Assembly (NCBI GenBank): GCA_964638535.1
Contig: CAZWYW010000003.1
Location: forward strand, 30,229-54,228
Direction: 5' to 3'
DNA from: an uncultured Candidatus Bathyarchaeia archaeon
Lineage (GTDB): Archaea; Thermoproteota; Bathyarchaeia; EX4484-135
DNA length: 24,000 nucleotides
Each line of letters opens with the position of its first letter. The first letter of the stretch is position 1. This document shows, one piece after another, positions 15,802 through 24,000 of the stretch. The notes under the pieces are model-generated. The model was not told the origin of the DNA, did not search any database, and saw nothing but the letters and a program-made list of their open reading frames with translations. The position numbers and the translations under genes are program-made.

Positions 15802-17583
15802 TTAAAGGGCGATTAAGCGGTCAAGGCCCAGCTCACGTAGCTTCTCGGGCGTTGGCCTACCAGTTGCCGGGTCCCAGCCCCTCAGGGCGTAGTATTCATC
15901 CAACATGGCCTCGAAGACCTCCTTAGGTAGGCGGGCCTCGCCGCCCCAGGGCGATGTCGGGAGGGGTTCCTCGAATACGCGCGGCGGCAGGGTGTCATCC
16001 GCCCGCGAGATACCTGCCTCCCTGATATTGAATAACCTAGTCAGGTTCCATATGCGCTCCCCCACGCGCAGGTAATCCTCCACGCCGTATTCTAGCCCGG
16101 CGGCACATTTGAGGCCCTCTATGAAGTCCTCTACGCCCAACGGTAGGAAATCGCAGACCACGAGCGAGTAAGCGGCTGAACGCTCGTCCTGGACCTCCTT
16201 CACGAACTTAGCCACACCCTCCTTGGAGAAGCGCTTGAGGCGGCCATCTATCTCGGCCCTCACCGTCCAGGCCCTTTGGTGGCAGCCCCCTCTATCGGCC
16301 GTAGCGTAAGCGAGCGCCATGCCCCATGAGGCCCTCGGGTCATATCCGGGCAGCTCCATGCCTTTCACGTGCATGGCCAGCTTGAGGGCCTCGCCGCCCA
16401 GCGCCTCAGCCGCGCGCTTCACGCCCTCAGCCAAGAGATCGCCCACTCCCTCGCGGTATGCTATTTTCCTTACTAGCTCCCTCTGTCCCTCGGCATCGCC
16501 GAAAGACGGGACGCCCTTCAGGAGCCCTTTCTCGCCCGCCTCCATGGCGAAGGAGATGACGACGCCTGTGGAGATGCCATCAAGGCCTAGCTCGGTAACC
16601 AACTTGATGGACCTGGCTACCTCGAGCGCGTCTTTGATGCCGTCGTTAGCACCCATCATGGCCAAGAGCTCGTATTCTACCTTGGCCTCCCCCTCGGGCG
16701 TGCGGACCACCTTGCCGCACCTGAGGGGGCAGTAAGCACAGGCCACGTCCTTAACCACGTGGGCCCTGAGGTAAGCGGCCGTCAGGGCGTAGTGGTCCTC
16801 TATGAAGCCCGAGGTGAAATTGCGCGTGGGTAAGAAGCCCAGCCTGTTCATGGGCTCGAGCCAGTAAGAGGTGCCCACGGCCCTCCTTATGTAGAAGGAA
16901 GGCGCTTTCCTTACCTTAGCGTAGAGGTGTTTCAAGAGCGCTTTAAAGGCCTTTTCATCGTGGATTTCCACGCGCCCCTTGCGTGCTCTCACGGCCACGG
17001 CCTTCAAGCGCTTAGAGCCCATGACCGCGCCAGCGCCGCCCCTACCAGCCACGCCCGAGCGCCAGGGGTCCTCATCTCTATCGAACATTATGGCCGCGAA
17101 ACGCACTGTCCGCTCGCCAGCCGGCCCTATCACGGCCACATGAGCCCTCGGGTCTGTCTCGGCCCTTATCAGCTCGACGGCCTTGTCGACGGGCTGGTTC
17201 CACGCGCGGGAGGCGTCCCTGAACTCCAACTCGCCGTCCTCTAGCCAGAGGTAAACGGGTTCCTCAGCTCGGCCCGTGATCACAAGCCCGTCGTAGCCGG
17301 TCCTCCTGAGTTCTGGCCCGAAGGCGCCGCCGGTGTGCGAGTCGAGAAAGAGGCCCGTGAGGGGCGATTTAGTGACCACGACCACGCGGCCGGAGGTCGG
17401 GTAACCCGTGCTCGTCAGGGGGCCGGTGAGGAACATGAGCAGGTTATCCGGCCCGAGGGGGTCGGCCTTGGGCTTCAGGAGCTTGTAGAGCAAGTAGGCC
17501 CCAAGGCCCTTCCCGCCTAAGAAGGCCCTTATGACCTGCTCGCCCACTTCCAGCTCCTCGTAAGCCTGCTTGGTCAAATCCAC
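15802..17583 (-). CDS. aor: Tungsten-containing aldehyde:ferredoxin oxidoreductase family protein
   Basis: The protein is 593 aa. It has the CAYCPLRCG [4Fe-4S] motif, DRGGCHQRAW, GRGGAGAVMGSK and ELPGYDPR. It is collinear with remembered P. furiosus AOR. The start is uncertain (see finding at 17581-17625). Confidence 0.88.
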   Translation of the reverse strand: MDLTKQAYEELEVGEQVIRAFLGGKGLGAYLLYKLLKPKADPLGPDNLLMFLTGPLTSTGYPTSGRVVVVTKSPLTGLFLDSHTGGAFGPELRRTGYDGLVITGRAEEPVYLWLEDGELEFRDASRAWNQPVDKAVELIRAETDPRAHVAVIGPAGERTVRFAAIMFDRDEDPWRSGVAGRGGAGAVMGSKRLKAVAVRARKGRVEIHDEKAFKALLKHLYAKVRKAPSFYIRRAVGTSYWLEPMNRLGFLPTRNFTSGFIEDHYALTAAYLRAHVVKDVACAYCPLRCGKVVRTPEGEAKVEYELLAMMGANDGIKDALEVARSIKLVTELGLDGISTGVVISFAMEAGEKGLLKGVPSFGDAEGQRELVRKIAYREGVGDLLAEGVKRAAEALGGEALKLAMHVKGMELPGYDPRASWGMALAYATADRGGCHQRAWTVRAEIDGRLKRFSKEGVAKFVKEVQDERSAAYSLVVCDFLPLGVEDFIEGLKCAAGLEYGVEDYLRVGERIWNLTRLFNIREAGISRADDTLPPRVFEEPLPTSPWGGEARLPKEVFEAMLDEYYALRGWDPATGRPTPEKLRELGLDRLIAL

Positions 17584-17641
17584 CTTGAGGAGCCTGCCGA
17601 AGGACGAGGCCGATCACCTCCTGCTTCTCCCAGGCCCTCCC

Positions 17642-18724
17642 TCACGGGAAGAGCGTCATAGGCCTATCGCCCAGTGAGCCAGCTAGGTAAGCGCGTATCC
17701 ACAGCAGGTCGGAGAGGATAGCCTGTGCTGCCTGGCGGCCGCCAGCTCCCTCGCCCACAAGCATGACATCGCCGAGCGTGTCCGTGGAAAAAACTATGGC
17801 GTTCAGGACGCCGTCTACGTAGGCCAGGGGATCGGTTAAGGGCACTTCCTCAGGCCCCACCTTGGCCACGACCCGCCCGCTTTCACGCGCCACCTCGGCC
17901 ACTAGCTTGACTTTCGCGCCCTTCTTCTCGGCCGCCCTGATGTCCTCGGGCGTTATACCCGTGATGCCCTCGCGCTCTACCTCGCCCACCTTGAGCTGGG
18001 CGCCCAAGAAGACGTTAGCCAATATCATAGCCTTCGCTACGGCATCCCAGCCCTCCACATCCGCCGTCGGGTCAGCCTCCGCGTAACCTAGCTCCTGTGC
18101 CCTCCTGAGCGCTTCCTCGTAGCTCACGCCCCTCGCCATCTCCGTCAGTATGAAGTTCGTGGTGCCATTTACTATACCCCTTATGCGCGTTATCTCGGCG
18201 CCCCTCAGGCATTCGTAGCCCATGCTTATGCAGGGCGTCCCGCTCATGACCGTGCCCTCGAAGCGCAAGAAGACGCCCTTCCTGGCCGCCAGCTCCCTCA
18301 GCTCCCTATAATAGAGCGCTATGGGGCCCTTGTTCGTAGTTATCACGTGCTTCCCGGCCTTCAAGGCCTCCCTTATGTGCGTGGCCCCAGGCTCGCCCGT
18401 CTCCAGATTTGTAGGCGTTACCTCGACCACCACGTCCACGCCCTCTGCTCTCACTAAATCGAGCGAGCCGAAATCGTCGAAGGGCACGGCGCCTGGGTAG
18501 CCCAGCAGAGAGTCTTGAGCCGCGTTCAGCTCGAGCACTCTGGCGAGGTCAAGGCCGTGTTCGTCGTAAATGGAGCCCTTCACGAGGTCCGTTATCCCCA
18601 CGACGCGGGCCTCCAGGCCATAGCGGCTCTTGAGCAACCGGCCTTTCTCATGCAGGAGCTCCACGAAGCCCGAGCCCACGGTCCCGAAGCCTATAATGCC
18701 TATCCTGAGCTCCAAGGGCAGCAC
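17642..18724 (-). CDS. hom: Homoserine dehydrogenase
   Basis: The protein is 360 aa. It has the N-terminal IGIIGFGTVGSG Rossmann motif and GIVNGTTNFILTEM, LGYAEADPT and DVEGWDA motifs. The GTG start lies 26.5 nt from a TATA centre. Confidence 0.88.
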   Translation of the reverse strand: MLPLELRIGIIGFGTVGSGFVELLHEKGRLLKSRYGLEARVVGITDLVKGSIYDEHGLDLARVLELNAAQDSLLGYPGAVPFDDFGSLDLVRAEGVDVVVEVTPTNLETGEPGATHIREALKAGKHVITTNKGPIALYYRELRELAARKGVFLRFEGTVMSGTPCISMGYECLRGAEITRIRGIVNGTTNFILTEMARGVSYEEALRRAQELGYAEADPTADVEGWDAVAKAMILANVFLGAQLKVGEVEREGITGITPEDIRAAEKKGAKVKLVAEVARESGRVVAKVGPEEVPLTDPLAYVDGVLNAIVFSTDTLGDVMLVGEGAGGRQAAQAILSDLLWIRAYLAGSLGDRPMTLFP

Positions 18725-18745
18725 CCCGCCCCCTTGCCCCCGGAA

Positions 18746-18755
18746 CCTTATAAGG
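18746..18755. promoter_or_regulatory. Perfectly palindromic TATA element CCTTATAAGG in the divergent hom / NRDE-coaBC intergenic region
   Basis: It is a 10-nt perfect palindrome. The TTATAA centre at 18750.5 lies 26.5 nt from the hom GTG (18724), so hom is probably leaderless. Confidence 0.5.
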
Positions 18756-18859
18756 GGCCTTGTGAAGCAGCCTAGAGCGCCGGCACGCGGGCCATCTATA
18801 GAGGCTCTTTACATAATCCATATACGCCCCCGGCCTCCTCATGGCCGGGCTGAGGGGGC

Positions 18860-20815
18860 TTGTGCACCTTAATCACGCTCTACCGGTCGCTCGAGGGCTA
18901 CCACGTGGTCGCGATGTTCAACCGTTACGCTCCCCGCCGCTCACAGGTGGAGGCGCCCCCGAGGCTCGTTAAAGGGCGCCGCTACTTGATCTGTTGCCCG
19001 GTAGATGTGGCCTCGGGCGGGACGTGGGTGGGCTTCAACGAGGCTGGCCTCTTCGCGGCCGTCACGGACCAACATAGCGGCCCCGTGATAAAGCCCAGGA
19101 GGAGCAGAGGGCTCCTCTTGCTCGATGTACTCGGGGGCTTCAGCGATAGCCGTGAGGCAGCCGATTACGTAAGGCACGAGGTGAGGAAGGGCTACATCAC
19201 GGGTAATTTCGTGGTGGCGGACGAAGAAGCCATGTTCCACGTCATCTACGATGGCCAAGTGCACGTGCGCGAGTTAGGGCCGGGCGCCCATGTCTTCACT
19301 AACCTCACCATGACGCCTAACGTGGACCTCTCGGACGAGCTCATTAAGGCGATACACGAGAGGGCCGAGGCGCGCAGGACAAGGGCTGTGAAGCTGCTGA
19401 GCGGCTGGGAGCCCTCGAGCCTGGCCGAGGCCCTGGAGAAGCTAAAGACCATAGCAGCCGACCACGGGGACTCGCCCGGGCGCAAATCCATCTGCTACCA
19501 CGATTCCGGCGATTGGAAGATGACTTCCTCTACCATCTTGGCCGTCTCGCACGATTTCGAGCGGTCTAAGGTGCTCTATTGCCCCGGCAATCCCTGTTCC
19601 TCCGCCTTCGTGGATTACTCGCACGTCCTGAGCGCTGGGCCAGGCGAGGTAAGCAGGAAATCAGATAGGCTGGCTGGAAGGAGGATAGCGCTCTGTGTGA
19701 CGGGTAGCTCGGCGGCTACAGAGGCGCCCAAGCTGGCCAGGGAGCTAAGGAGGCATGGGGCCGAGGTAATCTGCTACATGACGCCCGAGGCCGCCAGGCT
19801 AATAATATCGCCGGAGGTCATGAGGTGGGCTACCGGCAGGCCCGTGGTGTTAGAGCTCACGGGCGCGGCCGAACACATAGCTGATTACGATTTAGTGGTG
19901 GTCTACCCGGCCACCTTCAACACCATATGCAAGATAGCAGCCGGTATAGCGGATAACGCTGTGGCTTCCCTCTGCGCGGCTACCCCGCCTGATAAGCTTG
20001 TGCTGGCGCCAGCCATGAACCTCAAGCTCTACGGCAGCCCGATACTAAGGGAGGCCCTGAATAAGCTGGCCACGTTAGGCGTGAAGATAGCCGAGCCGAG
20101 GGTGGAGGAGGGCGCGGCCAAGGTGGCCGAGAAAGAAGCCGTGGTGGACTTGGCCATCAGGACCCTCTCCACCAGCAGGCTCAAGGGGCGCGGCGTGCTC
20201 GTGCTCGCTGGCCCGACCCGGTACGACCTAGATGCCGTCCGCTATATATCAAATAAGTCCAGCGGCGCCTTAGGCTTCTGGTTGGCCAAGGAGGCCTTCT
20301 GGAGGGGCTGCCGCGTCAAGGTGGTCTTCGGGCCCGGCACCGTCCGTTTCCCACGCCACATACCGGTCATCAAGGCTTACACGGTAGAGGACATGCTGAA
20401 CGCTGCCCTGGGGGAGTTCAGGAGCGGTGGGTATGATATAGCTATATTCGCAGCTGCTATACTCGATTTCAAGCCCGAGAGAACGCTCGATATGAAGCTG
20501 AAATCGGGCGCCGAGTGGGCCATGAAGCTTGTCCCGACGCCAAAGGTGATAGAAGCCGTGAGGCGTGAGTTCCCCGACCTCTTCGTGGTTGGCTTCAAGC
20601 TAGAGTACAAGGTGTCAGATGAGGAGCTCGTGGCCTCGGCCCGGAAGCTCCTAGAGAAGCTCGACCTAAACGTGGTGGTCGCGAACGACCTCACCCAGAT
20701 AAGAGCCGGCCGGCACAGGGCGCTCCTTGTCACGGCGGATAGCGTTAAGGAGGTAGATGGCCCTAAGAGCTTGCTGGCCAAGGAGATATTCGACCTAGTA
20801 GAGGAGCTCTTCTGA
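18860..20815 (+). CDS. coaBC: Fusion protein: N-terminal NRDE/TANGO2-like (DUF833) domain + phosphopantothenoylcysteine decarboxylase (CoaC) + phosphopantothenate-cysteine ligase (CoaB)
   Basis: This is a 651-aa single ORF. Residues 1-~258 begin M-C (TTG-TGC) and carry FNRYAPR, SGGTWVGFNEAGLFAAVTD, RSRGLLLLD, GNFVVAD and SICYHD...MTSSTIL, parallel to the human TANGO2 landmarks (MC, ANRDE, GGTWLG, SRG, NGFNL, C...GTRT). Residues ~273-440 carry IALCVTGSSAA, PATFNTICKIAAGIADN and PAMN (CoaC flavoprotein). Residues ~445-651 carry LAGPTRYDLDAVRYISNKSSGALG, AAAILDFKP and VVGFKLE (CoaB). Confidence 0.8.
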   Translation: MCTLITLYRSLEGYHVVAMFNRYAPRRSQVEAPPRLVKGRRYLICCPVDVASGGTWVGFNEAGLFAAVTDQHSGPVIKPRRSRGLLLLDVLGGFSDSREAADYVRHEVRKGYITGNFVVADEEAMFHVIYDGQVHVRELGPGAHVFTNLTMTPNVDLSDELIKAIHERAEARRTRAVKLLSGWEPSSLAEALEKLKTIAADHGDSPGRKSICYHDSGDWKMTSSTILAVSHDFERSKVLYCPGNPCSSAFVDYSHVLSAGPGEVSRKSDRLAGRRIALCVTGSSAATEAPKLARELRRHGAEVICYMTPEAARLIISPEVMRWATGRPVVLELTGAAEHIADYDLVVVYPATFNTICKIAAGIADNAVASLCAATPPDKLVLAPAMNLKLYGSPILREALNKLATLGVKIAEPRVEEGAAKVAEKEAVVDLAIRTLSTSRLKGRGVLVLAGPTRYDLDAVRYISNKSSGALGFWLAKEAFWRGCRVKVVFGPGTVRFPRHIPVIKAYTVEDMLNAALGEFRSGGYDIAIFAAAILDFKPERTLDMKLKSGAEWAMKLVPTPKVIEAVRREFPDLFVVGFKLEYKVSDEELVASARKLLEKLDLNVVVANDLTQIRAGRHRALLVTADSVKEVDGPKSLLAKEIFDLVEELF

Positions 20816-20859
20816 GCTAGGCCTTAAGCCGCCCGCCGCCCCATAGCCGCCCGGGTTGG

Positions 20860-22782
20860 GTGAGCTTATTGGCGGGGCCTGAGCCGGGCGAGCTGAGCGA
20901 GGACCCATATCTCTGGCTTGAGGACCTAAAGGACGAACGCGTTCTAGCGTGGATCGAGCGCGAGAACGCGAGGACTAGGGAAATCCTAGGCGATCTGCCG
21001 GGCAAGTTGTTCGAGCGCGTCCTCGCCTACTTCTCCCTGCCCTACCTGTTAAGTGCGGTCGTCACGAAGCGCGGCTATCTGGCCCTCTACCGCGAGGGCG
21101 GCTCTTACAAAGTCGTGCTGCTGGGGCGCGACGGGGCGCGGGAGACGCTGGTGGACTCAAGGGACCTGGGGCAGGACGTGGTCATCCAGGCTATCTGGGC
21201 TCCGAGGAGCGGCAAGGTATTCGCCTTCTTCTGCTCTGAGGCTGGCGCGGACATAGGCAAGCTGCGCGTGCTGGACAGCGAGGACGGGCGTGTGCTAGAC
21301 GAGCTAGAGGGCTCCATCCGCTGCCCGACATGGCTAGACGACGCTAGCACGTATTACTACATACGGCTCTTCAGGGATGAGAAAACGCCTGATGGTGTAG
21401 AGCCGCCGGCTGACAGGGTCTTCCTACGTGAGGACGGTAGGGACGAGATGGTCTTCGGGGAAAGGCTCCCGACTTCCCATTTCATAAGCCTGAGGGCCTC
21501 CAGCTCTGGCCGGAAGGCGCTATTAGAGGTCAGTTACGGCTGGACGAGGAGCACGGCCTACGGTGGTGATTTCAAGGACCCAGGCTCCTGGCGTTTCGTG
21601 TACGGCGGTGGCGACTTCATTGTACATCATGTGGATTTCGCCGCGGGAGGCTACATCTTGGTCTCCTATGAGAACGAGGGCCTCGGGAAGCTTATCCAAG
21701 TGCGGGACGGGCTAGCCCGGGAGATCGTGGGAGAGCATGAGCACCCGCTCCAGGAGGCGTTGGTGGTGGGCGAGCACATAGTAGCTGCTTACCTGGTGGA
21801 TGCCTCAGGCACCCTGAGGACCTACGCGTTGGACGGCCACCTAGCGGGCGAGTGGAGGCCGGAGCCCCAGGGCACCCTGGCCCTATTGGACTCAGATGGC
21901 TCTGAGGCATTAATCAAATACGAGTCCTTCGCCGTGCCCTACAGACTCTACGCCCTCGGGCGCGATGACGGGCTGAGGCTGTTAGATGAGGTCGCCCTCG
22001 ACCTGGCCGGGAAACTGGCTATAAGGGACCGGTGGGCGAGGTCCAAGGACGGCACGCCCATACACTTCTTCGAGGCCCGGCTTAAGGGCGCGAAGCCCAG
22101 GGGCGCAGTCGCCTATGGTTATGGGGGCTTCGGCATATCTATAACGCCTACCTTCAACCCCATATTCGTCACGCTGCTCGAGGATGGCGTCCTCCTGGCC
22201 GTGGTGAACCTCAGGGGCGGCTGTGAGCGGGGGGAGGTCTGGCACAGGGCCGGCATGAGGGAGAAGAAGCAGAACATCTTCGAGGACTTCAAGGCCGTTC
22301 TGAGGGCCCTTAAGGGCGCTGGCCTGAGAACCGTGGCTTTCGGCAGGAGCAACGGGGGCCTCTTGGTCGGGGCCGTGTTAACGCAGGAGCCAGGCCTCAT
22401 GGACGGCGCCGTAATAGGTTACCCGGTCTTGGACATGCTGAGGTTCCACCTGCTCTACGTGGGCCGGGCCTGGGTGCCCGAGTACGGCGACCCTGATAAC
22501 CCACGCGATAGGGAGTTCTTGCGCGCTTACTCGCCTTACCACAACGTGAGGCCCAGCACGCGATACCCGCCTGTCTTCATCTACACGGGCCTACACGACG
22601 ACCGTGTCCACCCGGCGCACGCCCTGAAGTTCGCGGCCAAGCTGAGGGACGCCGGGGCCGACGCGCTCCTGAGGGTGGAGATGGCTTCGGGCCACGCTGG
22701 CGCCTCGCCGGAGGTTAAGGCTAGGGAGGCAGCCGACGTGCTGGCCTACATCTATAAGGTGCTCGGCGTCACGCCTAGTTGA
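20860..22782 (+). CDS. Prolyl oligopeptidase (S9A family serine peptidase)
   Basis: The protein is 640 aa. It has N-terminal DPYLWLEDLKDERVLAWIERENARTRE, catalytic GRSNGGLLVG (Ser), GLHDDRVHPAHALKF (Asp) and SGHAGAS (His). It closely parallels remembered P. furiosus prolyl endopeptidase. The start is GTG. Confidence 0.9.
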   Translation: MSLLAGPEPGELSEDPYLWLEDLKDERVLAWIERENARTREILGDLPGKLFERVLAYFSLPYLLSAVVTKRGYLALYREGGSYKVVLLGRDGARETLVDSRDLGQDVVIQAIWAPRSGKVFAFFCSEAGADIGKLRVLDSEDGRVLDELEGSIRCPTWLDDASTYYYIRLFRDEKTPDGVEPPADRVFLREDGRDEMVFGERLPTSHFISLRASSSGRKALLEVSYGWTRSTAYGGDFKDPGSWRFVYGGGDFIVHHVDFAAGGYILVSYENEGLGKLIQVRDGLAREIVGEHEHPLQEALVVGEHIVAAYLVDASGTLRTYALDGHLAGEWRPEPQGTLALLDSDGSEALIKYESFAVPYRLYALGRDDGLRLLDEVALDLAGKLAIRDRWARSKDGTPIHFFEARLKGAKPRGAVAYGYGGFGISITPTFNPIFVTLLEDGVLLAVVNLRGGCERGEVWHRAGMREKKQNIFEDFKAVLRALKGAGLRTVAFGRSNGGLLVGAVLTQEPGLMDGAVIGYPVLDMLRFHLLYVGRAWVPEYGDPDNPRDREFLRAYSPYHNVRPSTRYPPVFIYTGLHDDRVHPAHALKFAAKLRDAGADALLRVEMASGHAGASPEVKAREAADVLAYIYKVLGVTPS

Positions 22783-23579
22783 TGAACGTTCAACGCCCCT
22801 TGGTAGTGATCGTGAGAGGTGAGGACGCGGACGCGATGGTGAAGGCTGGCCTGAGGCACTTCGGCGAGCCCAGCCAGGAGCGTGTGGTCATCAAGCCTAA
22901 CCTCATAACGAACTACCCTGGTCCTACCACGCCCGTGGACGTGGTCGAGGCCGTGGCCAAGCACTACCTGGCCCTGGGGCGCGAGGTCATAGTGGCCGAG
23001 GGCTCAGGCTGGTGCGAGACCTGGCGCGCCTTCGAGGACCTAGGCTACATGCGCCTCGCTGAGCGCTACGGCGTGGAGCTAGTGGACCTGAACACAGCCG
23101 ATTATGAGGTGGTTGAGAGGCCAGACGCGTTGGCCGTGAAGCGCCTTGAGCTGCCCTCGGTGCTCAGGGGCGCTTACCTTATCTCGCTCGCGCTCCTGAA
23201 GACACACTCTCTCACCGGTGTCTCGCTTAGCCTGAAGAACATGCTCGGGATAGCGCCCGGCGAGCCCGTGGGAGCCGGGAAGAAGAGGCGCTTCCACCGC
23301 TTAGGCATCCACGAGAGCATAGCGGACATCTGCGCTTACAGGAAGCCCGATTTGGCCATAATAGATGGCAGGGTAGCCTGCGTCGGGGGCGAGCTGGGCG
23401 GCAGGCCCGTACCCTACGGCCTCATGATATTCTCCGAGGACCCCGTGGCCGCTGACGCCGTGGGAGCACACGTGCTCGGGTACGACCCCCTTGCCATAAG
23501 GCACCTCAGGCTGGCGCAGGAAATGGGTTTGGGCGTGGCTGACCTAGATCGGATAGAGGTCGTGGAGGAAGAAGCTTAA
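22782..23579 (+). CDS. DUF362 domain protein
   Basis: The protein is about 265 aa. VVIKPNL near the N-terminus and the overall pattern fit DUF362. ATG 22782 shares its A with the upstream TGA (TGATG), suggesting translational coupling. The track start is TTG at 22779. Confidence 0.6.
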   Translation: MNVQRPLVVIVRGEDADAMVKAGLRHFGEPSQERVVIKPNLITNYPGPTTPVDVVEAVAKHYLALGREVIVAEGSGWCETWRAFEDLGYMRLAERYGVELVDLNTADYEVVERPDALAVKRLELPSVLRGAYLISLALLKTHSLTGVSLSLKNMLGIAPGEPVGAGKKRRFHRLGIHESIADICAYRKPDLAIIDGRVACVGGELGGRPVPYGLMIFSEDPVAADAVGAHVLGYDPLAIRHLRLAQEMGLGVADLDRIEVVEEEA

Positions 23580-23586
23580 AGGCGCG

Positions 23587-23958
23587 TTAGGCGCCCAGGT
23601 GCTTCCTCAGCCTAGCCTCCAGCACGGGCCTGGGGAGGGCACCTACTATGCGGTCCACCAAGCGCCCGCGCTTGAACACTAGGAGGGTGGGTATGCCCGT
23701 GATATTGAACCTCAAGGGCGTGAGGGGGTTCTCGTCCACGTTCAGCTTCCCGAAGGCTATACGCCCCGCGTAATCGCGGGCCAGCTCCTCTATCACCGGC
23801 GCCAACACCCGGCAGGGAGCGCACCAGGGCGCCCAGCAATCCACGACGGCCAGCCGGTGAGCTTCCACGAAACGGTCTAAGCTCTCGTCCGTGAGCTCCA
23901 CTGGCCTATCAAGCACGGCTTCCCCGCGCTTTTTCTCGCGCTCGGCGAGGCGCCTCAT
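23587..23958 (-). CDS. trx: Thioredoxin with a charged N-terminal extension; the start is uncertain
   Basis: It has the WAPWCAPCR active site (WCxPC), GKLNVDENP and GIPTLLVFKRG. The frame stays open upstream to the window end (EELRRLREAKLRKL...), so the true start may lie beyond 24000. Confidence 0.8.
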   Translation of the reverse strand: MRRLAEREKKRGEAVLDRPVELTDESLDRFVEAHRLAVVDCWAPWCAPCRVLAPVIEELARDYAGRIAFGKLNVDENPLTPLRFNITGIPTLLVFKRGRLVDRIVGALPRPVLEARLRKHLGA

Positions 23959-24000
23959 CAGCTTCCTTAACTTGGCCTCCCTCAGGCGCCTCAGCTCCTC

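Noticed and set aside
1-24000. Search for CRISPR arrays, IS/transposase genes, integrases, tRNA/rRNA genes and defence-system-like gene clusters
   Set aside because: No regularly spaced repeats, terminal inverted repeats, T-loop/anticodon-arm signatures or nuclease/ATPase defence-type ORFs were seen. The window looks like core metabolic chromosome rather than an accessory island.

Overview
This is a GC-rich (roughly 60%), densely coding chromosomal segment from an archaeon. Genes inside operons carry strong GGAGGTGA-type Shine-Dalgarno sites. First genes have a TATA box centred about 26 nt upstream of the start codon, so they are probably leaderless. An aKMT-like lysine methyltransferase suggests a thermophilic TACK/Thermoproteota-type lineage, but the taxon cannot be fixed from this window. 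The content is mostly core C1 and cofactor metabolism. It includes the acetyl-CoA decarbonylase/synthase operon (cdhA 3' end, then cdhB-C-D-E), convergent with a CbiM/N/Q/O-type Ni/Co ECF importer. There is also an aKMT-like methyltransferase, a DUF1284 protein, and a DUF1847-fwdA-fwdC operon for formylmethanofuran dehydrogenase subunits A and C. Further genes encode a retropepsin-like protease, a saccharopine-dehydrogenase-family enzyme, a COG1533-type radical SAM protein, a tungsten aldehyde:ferredoxin oxidoreductase and homoserine dehydrogenase. The window ends with a Pyrococcus-like prolyl oligopeptidase, a DUF362 protein and a thioredoxin. No mobile elements, CRISPR arrays, tRNAs or rRNAs were seen. 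Three items deserve follow-up. (1) A single ORF fuses an NRDE/TANGO2-like domain to a complete CoaBC, a possible Rosetta-stone link between TANGO2 and coenzyme A biosynthesis. (2) An untracked 50-aa ORF between cdhC and cdhD is a 79%-identical in-register nucleotide copy of the cdhD 5' region, and its motif also ends CdhC. (3) An intergenic C/D box sRNA has canonical box spacing and its own TATA box. All functional calls rest on motif recognition by eye; no searches were run.
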